Virus record (IMG/VR): IMGVR_UViG_3300034683_000117
Span: 1 to 64,000 of that record
Length of the DNA stretch: 64,000 nt
Strand: one strand, 5' to 3'
From: a virus
The notes beneath the pieces are model-generated. The model was given only the letters and a program-made list of their open reading frames with translations. It ran no database searches and had not been told where the DNA came from. The translations under genes were made by a program, and so were the position numbers. Below, piece by piece: positions 39,212-48,309 of the stretch. The number at the start of each line of letters is the position of its first letter. The first letter of the stretch is position 1.

Positions 39212-39694
39212 TTATTGATCACCTCCTTTTATCCATTCCACCAATTCATCAACGATGGATTCGATATCTGCGAACTTGTTTCCATCATCAATATTTGTTA
39301 GTGCTAGTGCTAGATCGCTGACTTTTATTTTGTCTACAAATTCTGGATAGCGATCTTGAATAATTCTAACTGCATAGTTAAACACTATCTCGTCAAAGTT
39401 ATTATAAATTTGCCGCTCGGTATAATAGTACCATGCTTGTCCAATGTTTTTGATTAAGTCTCCAGCATCGCCATATTCTTGTATAACATCATCATAATTG
39501 CCACTATTATACAGTATTGGAACAGCTTCAAATAATACATCGTTCCATATACTGACCGATGAATCAGCTGTCTCTGTTATTGCTTCTCTAATTTCAACAT
39601 CACCAGCCACATCTAACACGCGGTCAAGGACTTGTTCGTCGTCCTGCAATTCCCCTAACAGATTCTCTACATCGTATTTTTTAAATTTTAACAT
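39212..39694 (-). CDS. Ocr-like acidic DNA mimic (paralog 2)
   Basis: Paralog of 37725-38201 (shared KKYDVENLL, AI...AD..VSI, GD..K.I..AWY.Y.E). Confidence 0.55.
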   Translation of the reverse strand: MLKFKKYDVENLLGELQDDEQVLDRVLDVAGDVEIREAITETADSSVSIWNDVLFEAVPILYNSGNYDDVIQEYGDAGDLIKNIGQAWYYYTERQIYNNFDEIVFNYAVRIIQDRYPEFVDKIKVSDLALALTNIDDGNKFADIESIVDELVEWIKGGDQ

Positions 39695-39805
39695 TTTTAA
39701 TTCCTCCAATTTTATTATTTTATTTTATATAATATATAGTATTTAACAATGTATTTTTAAACCTTGCCTCAATTTTTTTACCAGCATTTTTATTGAACGG
39801 TTCTA

Positions 39806-40054
39806 CTATTTTTTAACATAATAACTGGGATAACGTCCCAACTCATTAACACAATTGTAATAAATAAAAGCGTTAACTACAATGTTAAAATCTTCATTAT
39901 CGCTATTATCTTTATTAATAGCGATAGGATAGCCTAATATACCGTTTAATCTTGCATTACATGGCGCTATGTATATAGTATTGCCATTATCATATATTTT
40001 TTTTGCTATTGTTTTATTTATCCTTTTATATCCATCAACTTCTATTTGTCGCAT
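39806..40054 (-). CDS. Hypothetical phage protein
   Basis: Y.RINK..AKK.Y..G...VNAF.YYNC..ELG.YP.YY; behind a promoter repeat. Confidence 0.7.
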   Translation of the reverse strand: MRQIEVDGYKRINKTIAKKIYDNGNTIYIAPCNARLNGILGYPIAINKDNSDNEDFNIVVNAFIYYNCVNELGRYPSYYVKK

Positions 40055-40238
40055 TTTTAAACCCTCCAATAATTTTTAATTTTATTCTTTATCTATAATA
40101 TAGAGTCTTTATATACTTGTTTTTAAACCTGCTTAAAAATTTGCTAGACTTGTTTTAAGTCGATTCTTGCATAATATTATATTAATATAAGCACAAAAAC
40201 TGTCAAGAGGTTTTAACCTCTTGACTAAGTACAACATA

Positions 40239-40589
40239 TTATTGTCTAGTGATCTTTAAAATCAGTCCTGCAGCTTGATATAACGCCCTTGCCTGAACGT
40301 CAAGCCATATCTCATGATTATTCGGCTGCAAATCTCCACCATGTTTGCGCTTTAACTCTGATGGTGAGCATAGCCTCTCGGCTATATCACAATCATAAAT
40401 TAAAGCATTGCCACTTTCTGAATACTCGTGCCAACTTTTGGCACCATTTAATAACTGTTGTTTATCTTGAATATCTTGATCATCATTAAAATAACTCAAG
40501 ATATCCATCGCATATAGCTTAACACCTTTTTGCCATGCACTGTTTGCCTTTACGCCATTTATAGCTTCCCTTAATTCTTTTACTTTCAT
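40239..40589 (-). CDS. Hypothetical phage protein
   Basis: SAW.KGV..YA, LLNGA..W.EYS.SG..LIY..DIAERL, WLDVQARAL.QA. Confidence 0.7.
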   Translation of the reverse strand: MKVKELREAINGVKANSAWQKGVKLYAMDILSYFNDDQDIQDKQQLLNGAKSWHEYSESGNALIYDCDIAERLCSPSELKRKHGGDLQPNNHEIWLDVQARALYQAAGLILKITRQ

Positions 40590-40651
40590 CTTTTTATCCT
40601 CCAATTTTATTATTTTATTTTATATAATATATAGTATTTAACAATGTATTT

Positions 40652-41005
40652 TTAAACCTTATATTTGTATAGTGTTAATGCTATATCGTTATTGATCCAG
40701 TCAATTAACAATACGTATTCGTCGCCTAACAGATTATTAAATTGGCTATTGAAGTAATTGTTTATTTCATCAATTGCTTTATCGACAAGCAATATTTGCT
40801 CGTCAAAGTCATGAGGCACTTTATAACCTAACCATGTTAAAAATTCATTGCAGGCATCTTGTCCTGCTTGACTGGATACTATTGTCTCAATTATATACGT
40901 GTTGTCGTATAAGTAACCGTCAGCTTCTAGTTCTTTTTTGGCTTTCTCTATTGCTTGAACCATATTATCCTTGTTTATCAGTTTATCTATTGCTATTCTA
41001 TCCAT
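40652..41005 (-). CDS. Acidic hypothetical protein
   Basis: GGAGG RBS; behind a promoter repeat. Confidence 0.65.
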   Translation of the reverse strand: MDRIAIDKLINKDNMVQAIEKAKKELEADGYLYDNTYIIETIVSSQAGQDACNEFLTWLGYKVPHDFDEQILLVDKAIDEINNYFNSQFNNLLGDEYVLLIDWINNDIALTLYKYKV

Positions 41006-41171
41006 TTTAATTCCTCCAATAAAATTTATTTTTTATGTATCTATAATATAGAGTATTTAACTAGCTTATTTTAAACCTTACGCAAAAAATTTTTATATGA
41101 ATATATAAGTATATATTCATATAAAAAACATAAAAAAATAGCTGCTATATAGCAGCTATGTAATAAAAACA

Positions 41172-41717
41172 TTATTTTATTGAGTAGCCAGCTTCATTAA
41201 GTGCCTTTTTTATGAGTTTGAATTTTTTGGAAATAGCCATAACCGATACACCTTGCAGTTTGGCTATTTCTGTCATGCTTAAACCAGCCAGCTTAAGTTT
41301 GATTATATCGTGATACTTTTTTGGAATTGTATCCCAAGCTTCATAATCGCTATCAAACTGACTACTAACAGCCAGTATATCACGTGTAGCAACTAGATCG
41401 TCGCTTTCTGATTCACGCTCACGCGTGATATAGTCTAGCGACTCATGCATGATATTATATTTATACTGATGTTTCATAGCATTATAAGCGCAAGTCGCTA
41501 GATATGTAAGGCCGGGTATAAATGCGTGTTTTTTGTCGTTAGTCACAAACTTGATCATAATGTTATCAACTATATCTATAGCTTCATCAAAAGTTAAACG
41601 ACAAACTTTACTGATATACTTAATAGCCAACCGATATTGCTCCTCATTATATAAATCGATCGCTCCTTTCGCAGCTTGTACATATTGATACTGTTTGTTG
41701 TTATCCATTTTTTGCAT
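41172..41717 (-). CDS. Phage sigma-70-family (ECF/group-5-like) sigma factor
   Basis: Region-2-like F..TYL..CAYN; region-4 HTH IPKKYHDIIKL...GLSMTEIAKLQGVSVMAISKK; own TTGCAA-17-TATAAT promoter at ~41750-41780. Confidence 0.7.
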   Translation of the reverse strand: MQKMDNNKQYQYVQAAKGAIDLYNEEQYRLAIKYISKVCRLTFDEAIDIVDNIMIKFVTNDKKHAFIPGLTYLATCAYNAMKHQYKYNIMHESLDYITRERESESDDLVATRDILAVSSQFDSDYEAWDTIPKKYHDIIKLKLAGLSMTEIAKLQGVSVMAISKKFKLIKKALNEAGYSIK

Positions 41718-41719
41718 CC

Positions 41720-44447
41720 TCCATTTTTTATATTTATTTTATGCTTCTATTATAATGCTTGATTGTTTGATTTGCAATGCGAACATATACGAACAAATTG
41801 TAAACTTTTTATTAAGGCAATTTTTACCAATAGCTAGTAATACCAGTGTTTCGATAACAATTATTAACAATTAATACATATCATGTATAATTACATTTAT
41901 ATATATTTATGTTATATGTTTACAGTGAATATGTTACATAATTAACATTATATATGTTAAATAGGTTACAAATGGAAAATGTCAAATAATAACAAGTGGC
42001 TATAAGAGGCATTTTTAAGCGTTAGAATTGATTTTTTAAGGCAAGGTAAAATCATACGAGCACTATTCAAAAAATCGATTATAGCAAACGGTAGGATTGT
42101 AAAAGATGTAAAATGTTAGGTGAAATGCTAACATATATATGCAATACTAACATATAGTGTTAGTATTTTTACAGTTTGTGTTATACATATATTAACATGT
42201 ATGCATATGCTATTATTACATATTATATACATTAATATGTAATATGTGGTAATTACATAAGCATAACGATCACAATATCAAGTTATATATTATTATTTTA
42301 GTATGAATTATATTATATATAGTATAGTGCTTTAGTTATATTTATTTATGTTATAGTATATCAATTTACTATGAATTTATCAACCGATTGTTAACCATTG
42401 TTAAAAATTGGATTGACAATTGCCTTAAGGCCAGAATGCTGTAATCATTATCCAATTATGTTATATAGATTATTAATTGTAAAATATTAGTAATAAGCAG
42501 GCTACTACCCAGAATCGGATACTCATTATACATTTTTTACATTATTGTAATTGATTGACAATGGATATAAATGTTAATAATATCCTTTTTTTTGCTATTG
42601 TGTAATATACAAATATTGTATATAAATATATGTTGATATGAATATATGAATATATGAATATGTGTTGAAGTATGAATATATTGTATATATAGATATTAAC
42701 ATATGAATATATGAAACTATGAATATGATATTGTTAAATGAGTTAACAAAGTCTTGTTAAAATTGACAATTCTTGCTATTTCCTTTTATTTATTTTTATT
42801 TACGATTTTTTACGATTATTTATTTTTTTGATTGTTTCCATTTCCTTCCATTACTTGCGTCATAACATATATTATAACGTATGTTTATATTATCCAGTAT
42901 ATACCCACTACAGGTATATAGTTAGAAGTGGCTTGAAATAGCGGTTTGTATCCCATATACGGGGGGGATATTTTACTGTTAGCAGTTGTAAAAAATGGAA
43001 ATCAGAGGCGCTACCTCTTTTCCTCCCCCTCTCACCTCAATTTTTCACCCCCGTTTTTGCACAATTTTATTTTTACGGTTTTACTGATTTACTGCTTATA
43101 TTTTGGCCTAACAGCATAACAACTCGCATCTCTGCGGTTTGAACCATATCAAATCTCGCTCTGCCTCGTTTTTGCTATGCTATCTGTATATTTTCCCCGT
43201 AATATTTACGTTAGCTTATTGTATTATCCCCGCATTTTTTATCACCAAATTTTATAATTAATACTAAAAAATAGAATTAATAATTAAATAAATACTAATT
43301 ATTTGATTAAAAATTGAATTAAATTTCAATTAATTTGCCCTGTTTTTGTTCAAAAATCATTGATTTTCGATTAAATTTGGCCTATTTTTAATAAATTTTG
43401 ACTTATTTTGAATTAAATCCATATTTTATATAAAAAATATAATTTATTCTATTTTTGGGTCTATTTTTTATTATTTTAATCATCTCCGTAGCCAATAAAT
43501 ATAAAAAATAATTATATCCGTTAATGCTGATACCATATCGTTGCCCCCGACTATGTTCGCACAAACTTTCATACGTGAGTTTTGATGTACTCTCCATTGT
43601 GGGTCCACGATGAATGCATTTATTACTGGCGGGTTTTATTGCTCCATATCTTCGTCTTTAGCTTCATTGTCGCCGCAGCGACCTAAAACTAATTTATACT
43701 AAACTAATATGTTATTATATATTTAACATACTAATCATTTGTATAATATATACAAAATAATATAAGTTTTATTGATATTTATTTGTGCAATATGGAGAAT
43801 TTTTAATAAGGGGGTTGTAATAGCGTCGTTTTGCGGTCATATATTATGTAAGGGTATCGATAGAAAGACACTAAGAATAATAAATATATATAATATATAT
43901 AATAAATAATATTAGTACTGGTGGGGGCGCTACGCCGCCTCCCCACACCCCCCGGCGCATTCGTTCGCTAACGCTCACGAATGATAACCAATTAATAAAT
44001 CCTAATCCTTCGAAACTAAGAAATATGTGTTAATAAATAATCAGATACGAATAATCAGAACTAATCCAAACCAAGAGTGAATCAATAATAATATAATAAA
44101 TATATATAATAATATATATAATATATATAGTATTAGTATCTCAATCTCCTAAGTAAATAAGTGGCAACTGATACGGTCCAGCTCCTAAGTAAGAGAGTGC
44201 GTTGGTAAAATTTATATTTTTTTAATTGTTAAATTTTGTATTAAAAATTGTTCTTGACAACTCAAAAATATATAATATAATGGTATTATAATATGTATAT
44301 ATAAGATATAAGAGGCAAAGTCGAACGAAATGTCAGTTTTGCTTGATTTAATGCGTGTTTGCGGATTTGACTATAGTGCCAAATTTGGCACATTACCCTG
44401 TCACTTTTGGCACTATAGTCCCCCTGTGATATTAAAAATAAAGGAGA
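41720..44447. other. Long AT-rich non-coding region at the transcriptional divergence point (putative origin/terminus)
   Basis: No credible ORF over ~2.7 kb; short ATATGAAT repeats, a G7 run, GC-rich hairpins at 43920-43985 and an inverted repeat at 44369-44420. Confidence 0.6.
44369..44420. repeat. 15-bp perfect inverted repeat upstream of the rep-like gene
   Basis: GACTATAGTGCCAAA...TTTGGCACTATAGTC, with an internal GTGCCAAATTTGGCAC palindrome. Confidence 0.8.
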
Positions 44448-45056
44448 TTGGGTATGAAACGTATAGTTATTATGGAGTTAGAGACTACAGCAAGTAATAT
44501 TGAGTGGCTACAGCAACATGCTTTATCTGTTGTGGATAAGGACACAGGCGAAATAATTCATGGTCGTATTGTGCAAGATATTACTGATGATGTCGACAAA
44601 AGAGCTATATTAAAGATGACTAATAAGGTTCGTGATATATTTATGAAATTATATGTTAAAAATAATTTATGTGACATAGTGTTGTCACATATGCTGTCAT
44701 TACAAGAAATGGGACTATTATATGCACTGATGCTATTGACAGGATGGCAAAATAATTATGTTATACATCCACATACCAAGCAATATATGAGCTGTGCTGA
44801 TTTAACGGATATTACCAATATACCACATCGTACTTTGATAAGATATTTAAACAGTTTGTCTGATAAAGGGTTGATTGCGGTTGTTAATGAGCCAGGCAAA
44901 GGCCATATTAACCACTATATTGTTAATACCAATTTATCGCTTAAAGGTTATACCCTGTCTGATTCGTCGCAGCAAGATATATTTAATAATAAAGATTGGC
45001 TATACCAGCCGTCTACTCAAATAAAATATCGTCATTTTCTTAAAAATAGTACTTGA
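44448..45056 (+). CDS. Winged-HTH replication/maintenance protein (RepL-like)
   Basis: VDKDTGEI, FMKLY, L...EMGLL..LM, MS.ADL......RTL.RYL..L..KGLI, YIVN. Confidence 0.6.
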   Translation: MGMKRIVIMELETTASNIEWLQQHALSVVDKDTGEIIHGRIVQDITDDVDKRAILKMTNKVRDIFMKLYVKNNLCDIVLSHMLSLQEMGLLYALMLLTGWQNNYVIHPHTKQYMSCADLTDITNIPHRTLIRYLNSLSDKGLIAVVNEPGKGHINHYIVNTNLSLKGYTLSDSSQQDIFNNKDWLYQPSTQIKYRHFLKNST

Positions 45057-45100
45057 CAATCAGACCATCGTATGATATAATTATAGTATAGGGGGTAGAT
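45053..45100 (+). promoter_or_regulatory. Sigma-A-type promoter with conserved spacer (copy 4)
   Basis: TTGACAATCAGACCATCGTATGATATAATTATA. Confidence 0.75.
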
Positions 45101-45357
45101 AATATTTTAGAAAGAAGGTTTTGATATGTTTCAAATATGCCCTATCAAGGCTAATAGCAAGGATACATTTTGTGTGCGCAAGGGCTGCGCTTGGTGGGCT
45201 GATGGTATGTGCGCCATTACAGCTATCGCAATATCACAACAAAATAAGGTTAAAACACTTGATTTCAGTGTCAATGGCACTCAAAAGAAGTAAATCGCAT
45301 CAGACAATGCGACTATCTAATATAACAATATTATCATATTAGAAAGAGGTTTTTATT

Positions 45358-45588
45358 ATGTATATGACTATAATAGCTAATGACCAAAAGAATAGGCCGC
45401 AGGCGTGGATTATTGAAGAACATGTTCACAATTCGTATCGTGTGCGTCATGATTTTGTGATTACACACATTTCCGAATCTCACACATATGTGCAAGATAA
45501 TCAATTGTATTGTACTGATAACGTATATTTGCCTTTTAATTGTATGTTACCAGTCAGCGAAGATGAATTAACCTATCTTTTATCATAA
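45358..45588 (+). CDS. Hypothetical protein
   Basis: AGAGG RBS. Confidence 0.55.
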   Translation: MYMTIIANDQKNRPQAWIIEEHVHNSYRVRHDFVITHISESHTYVQDNQLYCTDNVYLPFNCMLPVSEDELTYLLS

Positions 45589-45606
45589 GAAAAAGGAGCG
45601 GTAAAA

Positions 45607-46301
45607 TTGCAGCAGGAAAATAAATCTAATATCGAAATGACAGCATCTGACTTATCTAAACAGGTGTACAGCATGTTGGACTATAGCCTCAAAACATCCG
45701 ACGAGCGTAAGGCTGTAGTACAAAAAATTCAAGACGAATACGGACTAGAGATAGAATCAAGATATGAATATTATGCGGGTTCTAATCTCAATAAATACGA
45801 CAATTACCAGCAGTATCAGGCTATTACGCGACTGATGGAAGCTATGGCTGATTATGTGTTAATGTCCGATGATGTAAAAAAAAACAAGACGTGGACTTCT
45901 ACACGGAGAAACAAATGAACCGCAAGGTAAGCAGAGTTAAAACTGTGCAGCTAGATGATTATGCAGTACAAAAACGGCAATTTGACGATTATGTGGAAAT
46001 GGTTGCCGCACTGGATGTTGATATGTCTAATAAACAACATGTTAAAGGTGTTGTGAAAACTTATATTGAGGATAAAAACAGCGTAGCTCTCGAGGACGTG
46101 GTAATGGAATTTTGGGATACTGTAAACAGTATCAATTTAACACTCCTAGAGCGGCAAGTCCTTGATTTGTACCACAGACAAGAAATGTCGCAACAGGATA
46201 TCGCTAAAGAGCTAAATATATCACAACAGCGAGTTAGTTTTATCATAAGAAGGATTATTAAAAAGGTTGTAAGATATAGTAAAAATCAGGGAGTAAAATA
46301 A
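45607..46301 (+). CDS. Sigma-70 region-4 HTH transcription factor split over two frames at an A9 tract
   Basis: ORF 45607-45918 plus the -1 frame ORF 45891-46301 (LT..ERQV..L...QEMSQQDIAKELNISQQRVS); overlap contains GTAAAAAAAAAC. Confidence 0.6.
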
Positions 46302-46306
46302 TTGCG

Positions 46307-46495
46307 ATGGATGGGTTAATATCAATTAATTTTGACAGGCAGACGATTAGTGCTAGAGAGTTATGGGAAAGGTTAGATAGGCCATATACGAAATTCACGA
46401 TGTGGTTTAATGCCTATAAAATTATGGTTTTATAGAGGATCAAGATTATCGCAGGGTGTCAGTAAAAACTTACACCCCAGCAGGCGAACATAATT
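46307..46495 (+). pseudogene. AntA/AntB antirepressor fragment
   Basis: MDGLISINFDRQTISARELWERL...FTMWF..Y, then frameshift to YGFIEDQDY. Confidence 0.7.
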
Positions 46496-46522
46496 AATAA
46501 TTCAAATAAGGAGTATGATAAT

Positions 46523-47560
46523 ATGGCGTATAGAATTTTTCTTGACCCAGGTCATGGTGGCTCAGATAGGACTAACAAAGGTCCGACCGGATATGTAGAG
46601 GCTGATGGTGTATTAGACATAGCGTTACGTCTACGTTCTGAATTGCAAGACTTAGGCTTTGTGGTAGGTATGAGTCGAGACAAAGATGTCAGCGTAAGCT
46701 TATCGCAACGTGGCAAAATGGCAGGACAATTTAAGGCAGATTTATTTTTGTCCATACATTCTAACGCTGGTCCGGCTGCTGCGTCTGGTACAGAAGTATA
46801 CTATTCGGTGGATTTACCGCAAACCAAGGCAATTGCCGCCAAAATGTCAAAAGCAGTAGCAGATGTTTTAGGTATTCCAGATAGAGGGGCAAGAGTTAGA
46901 GAATCGCAGAATTACAAAGGCGAAGATTATTATACGGTAATTGATGCCGCACAGGACGCTGGGGTGCCACGTGTGTTTTTGATTGAAGTTGCATTCCACA
47001 GCAATCCTAAAGAAGAAGCATTGTTGAAACAGCCTAATATCAGAGAAAAAGTTGCTGATGTATTAGCCAATGTTATTGCAGATGCATTTGGCATTAAAAA
47101 AGCAGATGCGAACATACCTATAGTGCCGATAAACAATAGGCGTGGTATAGTGAATGTTAACGGTAATTTAAATGTGCGCAATGGTCCAGGTGAGCAGTAT
47201 GCAGTAATTGGAAAATTGCAAAATAATGATGCGGTTACCGTTACAGGTGAATCTGTTGGTTGGTACAGGATTAATTACAATAATGGTGTAGGTTATGTTA
47301 GTAGTAGATATGTAGTATTAGACAATTCAAGTAATAATTCAAATCAGAAAGAAGAGGATGATGTAGTGGATACGATAATAGTTTATTATGGTGACATTGA
47401 TGCGTTAGCGGCTATAGTATTAGGCCAAAAATACAAAGCCCCTGTAATGCGTAAGTCTGATTTTGATGCCAGTGGTATCAAGGCTAAAAAGGTTATACAA
47501 GTAGGTGGAGGTGAAGGTGATAGGTTTGACACGTTCAAACGAGCCGCACAATTGCTCTAA
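46523..47560 (+). CDS. Endolysin, N-acetylmuramoyl-L-alanine amidase (Amidase_3 plus SH3b)
   Basis: LDPGHGG, E, SIHSNA, LIEVAF; LNVRNGPG...GWY.I.Y...GYVS. Confidence 0.93.
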   Translation: MAYRIFLDPGHGGSDRTNKGPTGYVEADGVLDIALRLRSELQDLGFVVGMSRDKDVSVSLSQRGKMAGQFKADLFLSIHSNAGPAAASGTEVYYSVDLPQTKAIAAKMSKAVADVLGIPDRGARVRESQNYKGEDYYTVIDAAQDAGVPRVFLIEVAFHSNPKEEALLKQPNIREKVADVLANVIADAFGIKKADANIPIVPINNRRGIVNVNGNLNVRNGPGEQYAVIGKLQNNDAVTVTGESVGWYRINYNNGVGYVSSRYVVLDNSSNNSNQKEEDDVVDTIIVYYGDIDALAAIVLGQKYKAPVMRKSDFDASGIKAKKVIQVGGGEGDRFDTFKRAAQLL

Positions 47561-47801
47561 TAAGAGTACACGTTTTTCTAAAAAGATAGTAACATTAGTT
47601 GTTGTGCTTAATATTGTATTTACTTTATTATTTTTGTTGGCTTTCGTTAAAACTGGCGACGAACCTGTATCTCTAATCGCTGCATGGTTTGGTTTCAGTA
47701 CGGGAGAACTATGGATGTTGTCAGGTATTAAGAAGACAGAGTTGACTAGTACAAATAACCAAAATTCAGCTTCAGAAAATCAAGAAACAATCAATATTTA
47801 A
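47505..47801 (+). CDS. Holin-like membrane protein
   Basis: Two TM helices, GDEP..LI..WF....GEL; adjacent to endolysin. Confidence 0.6.
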   Translation: MEVKVIGLTRSNEPHNCSNKSTRFSKKIVTLVVVLNIVFTLLFLLAFVKTGDEPVSLIAAWFGFSTGELWMLSGIKKTELTSTNNQNSASENQETINI

Positions 47802-47819
47802 TTTTGGAGGTTAAATTAT

Positions 47820-48242
47820 ATGTCAGAGGTAATTAACGAAGCGTTGGTAAATATATTAATAGCCCTTATATCATTGGGTGCTGCCTACGCGGTATATTAT
47901 ATAAACACGTTGGCACATAAAGTCAGTGAAGAAGCTAAAGATATAGGTAATAGTAATGTGCGTAAAATAATAGACGATGCAATATACAGAGTATCGGAAT
48001 TAGCAAAAGAGACTGTTACTAAATTTGAACAAACCATAGCTGCTGACTTAAGAGAACAGGTCAAGGCTGGCAAAGTTGATAGAAATGCGTTGTTGGCAGT
48101 TGGTCAAAAGGCTTATGATGAAGTGTATAATCAGCTATCAGATGATGTTAAAAATTTATTGGCTTTAGAATTTAATGATGTATATGCACTTGTGGTTACG
48201 CTAGTTGAGGCTGAAGTGTATAAACTTAAGCGGGGTTTATAA
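47820..48242 (+). CDS. Holin (LL-H-like)
   Basis: N-terminal TM helix; C-terminal LVEAEVYKLK. Confidence 0.65.
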   Translation: MSEVINEALVNILIALISLGAAYAVYYINTLAHKVSEEAKDIGNSNVRKIIDDAIYRVSELAKETVTKFEQTIAADLREQVKAGKVDRNALLAVGQKAYDEVYNQLSDDVKNLLALEFNDVYALVVTLVEAEVYKLKRGL

Positions 48243-48309
48243 GAAAAATTTTGAAATTATTTTTGTAGATAGGTTGTAAAAAAGTCGATTTCCGGTAATA
48301 TATAGTAGA

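Larger units (their letters stand above)
36563..41078 (-). repeat. Six dispersed copies of the promoter motif GGTTTAWAA-N14-ACTMTATATTATA (~36563-36604, 38231-38271, 39726-39764, 40091-40130, 40621-40659, 41038-41078)
   Basis: Constant 14-nt spacer in all copies; each is followed by an A-rich leader, a GGAGG RBS and a gene start. Confidence 0.85.

Noticed and set aside
36563-41078. Six repeats as CRISPR or integron attC sites
   Set aside because: Spaced by whole genes, bipartite with a fixed spacer and followed by an RBS; promoter architecture fits better
41779-41800. Possible LexA box upstream of the sigma gene (CGAACATATACGAAC)
   Set aside because: Direct half-sites only; the GTTC arm is missing
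42630-42730. ATATGAAT repeats as a CRISPR array
   Set aside because: Short, degenerate, low-complexity repeats with no regular unique spacers and no cas genes
43403-43597. 64-aa ORF in the non-coding region
   Set aside because: No RBS and low-complexity AT-rich sequence; likely spurious
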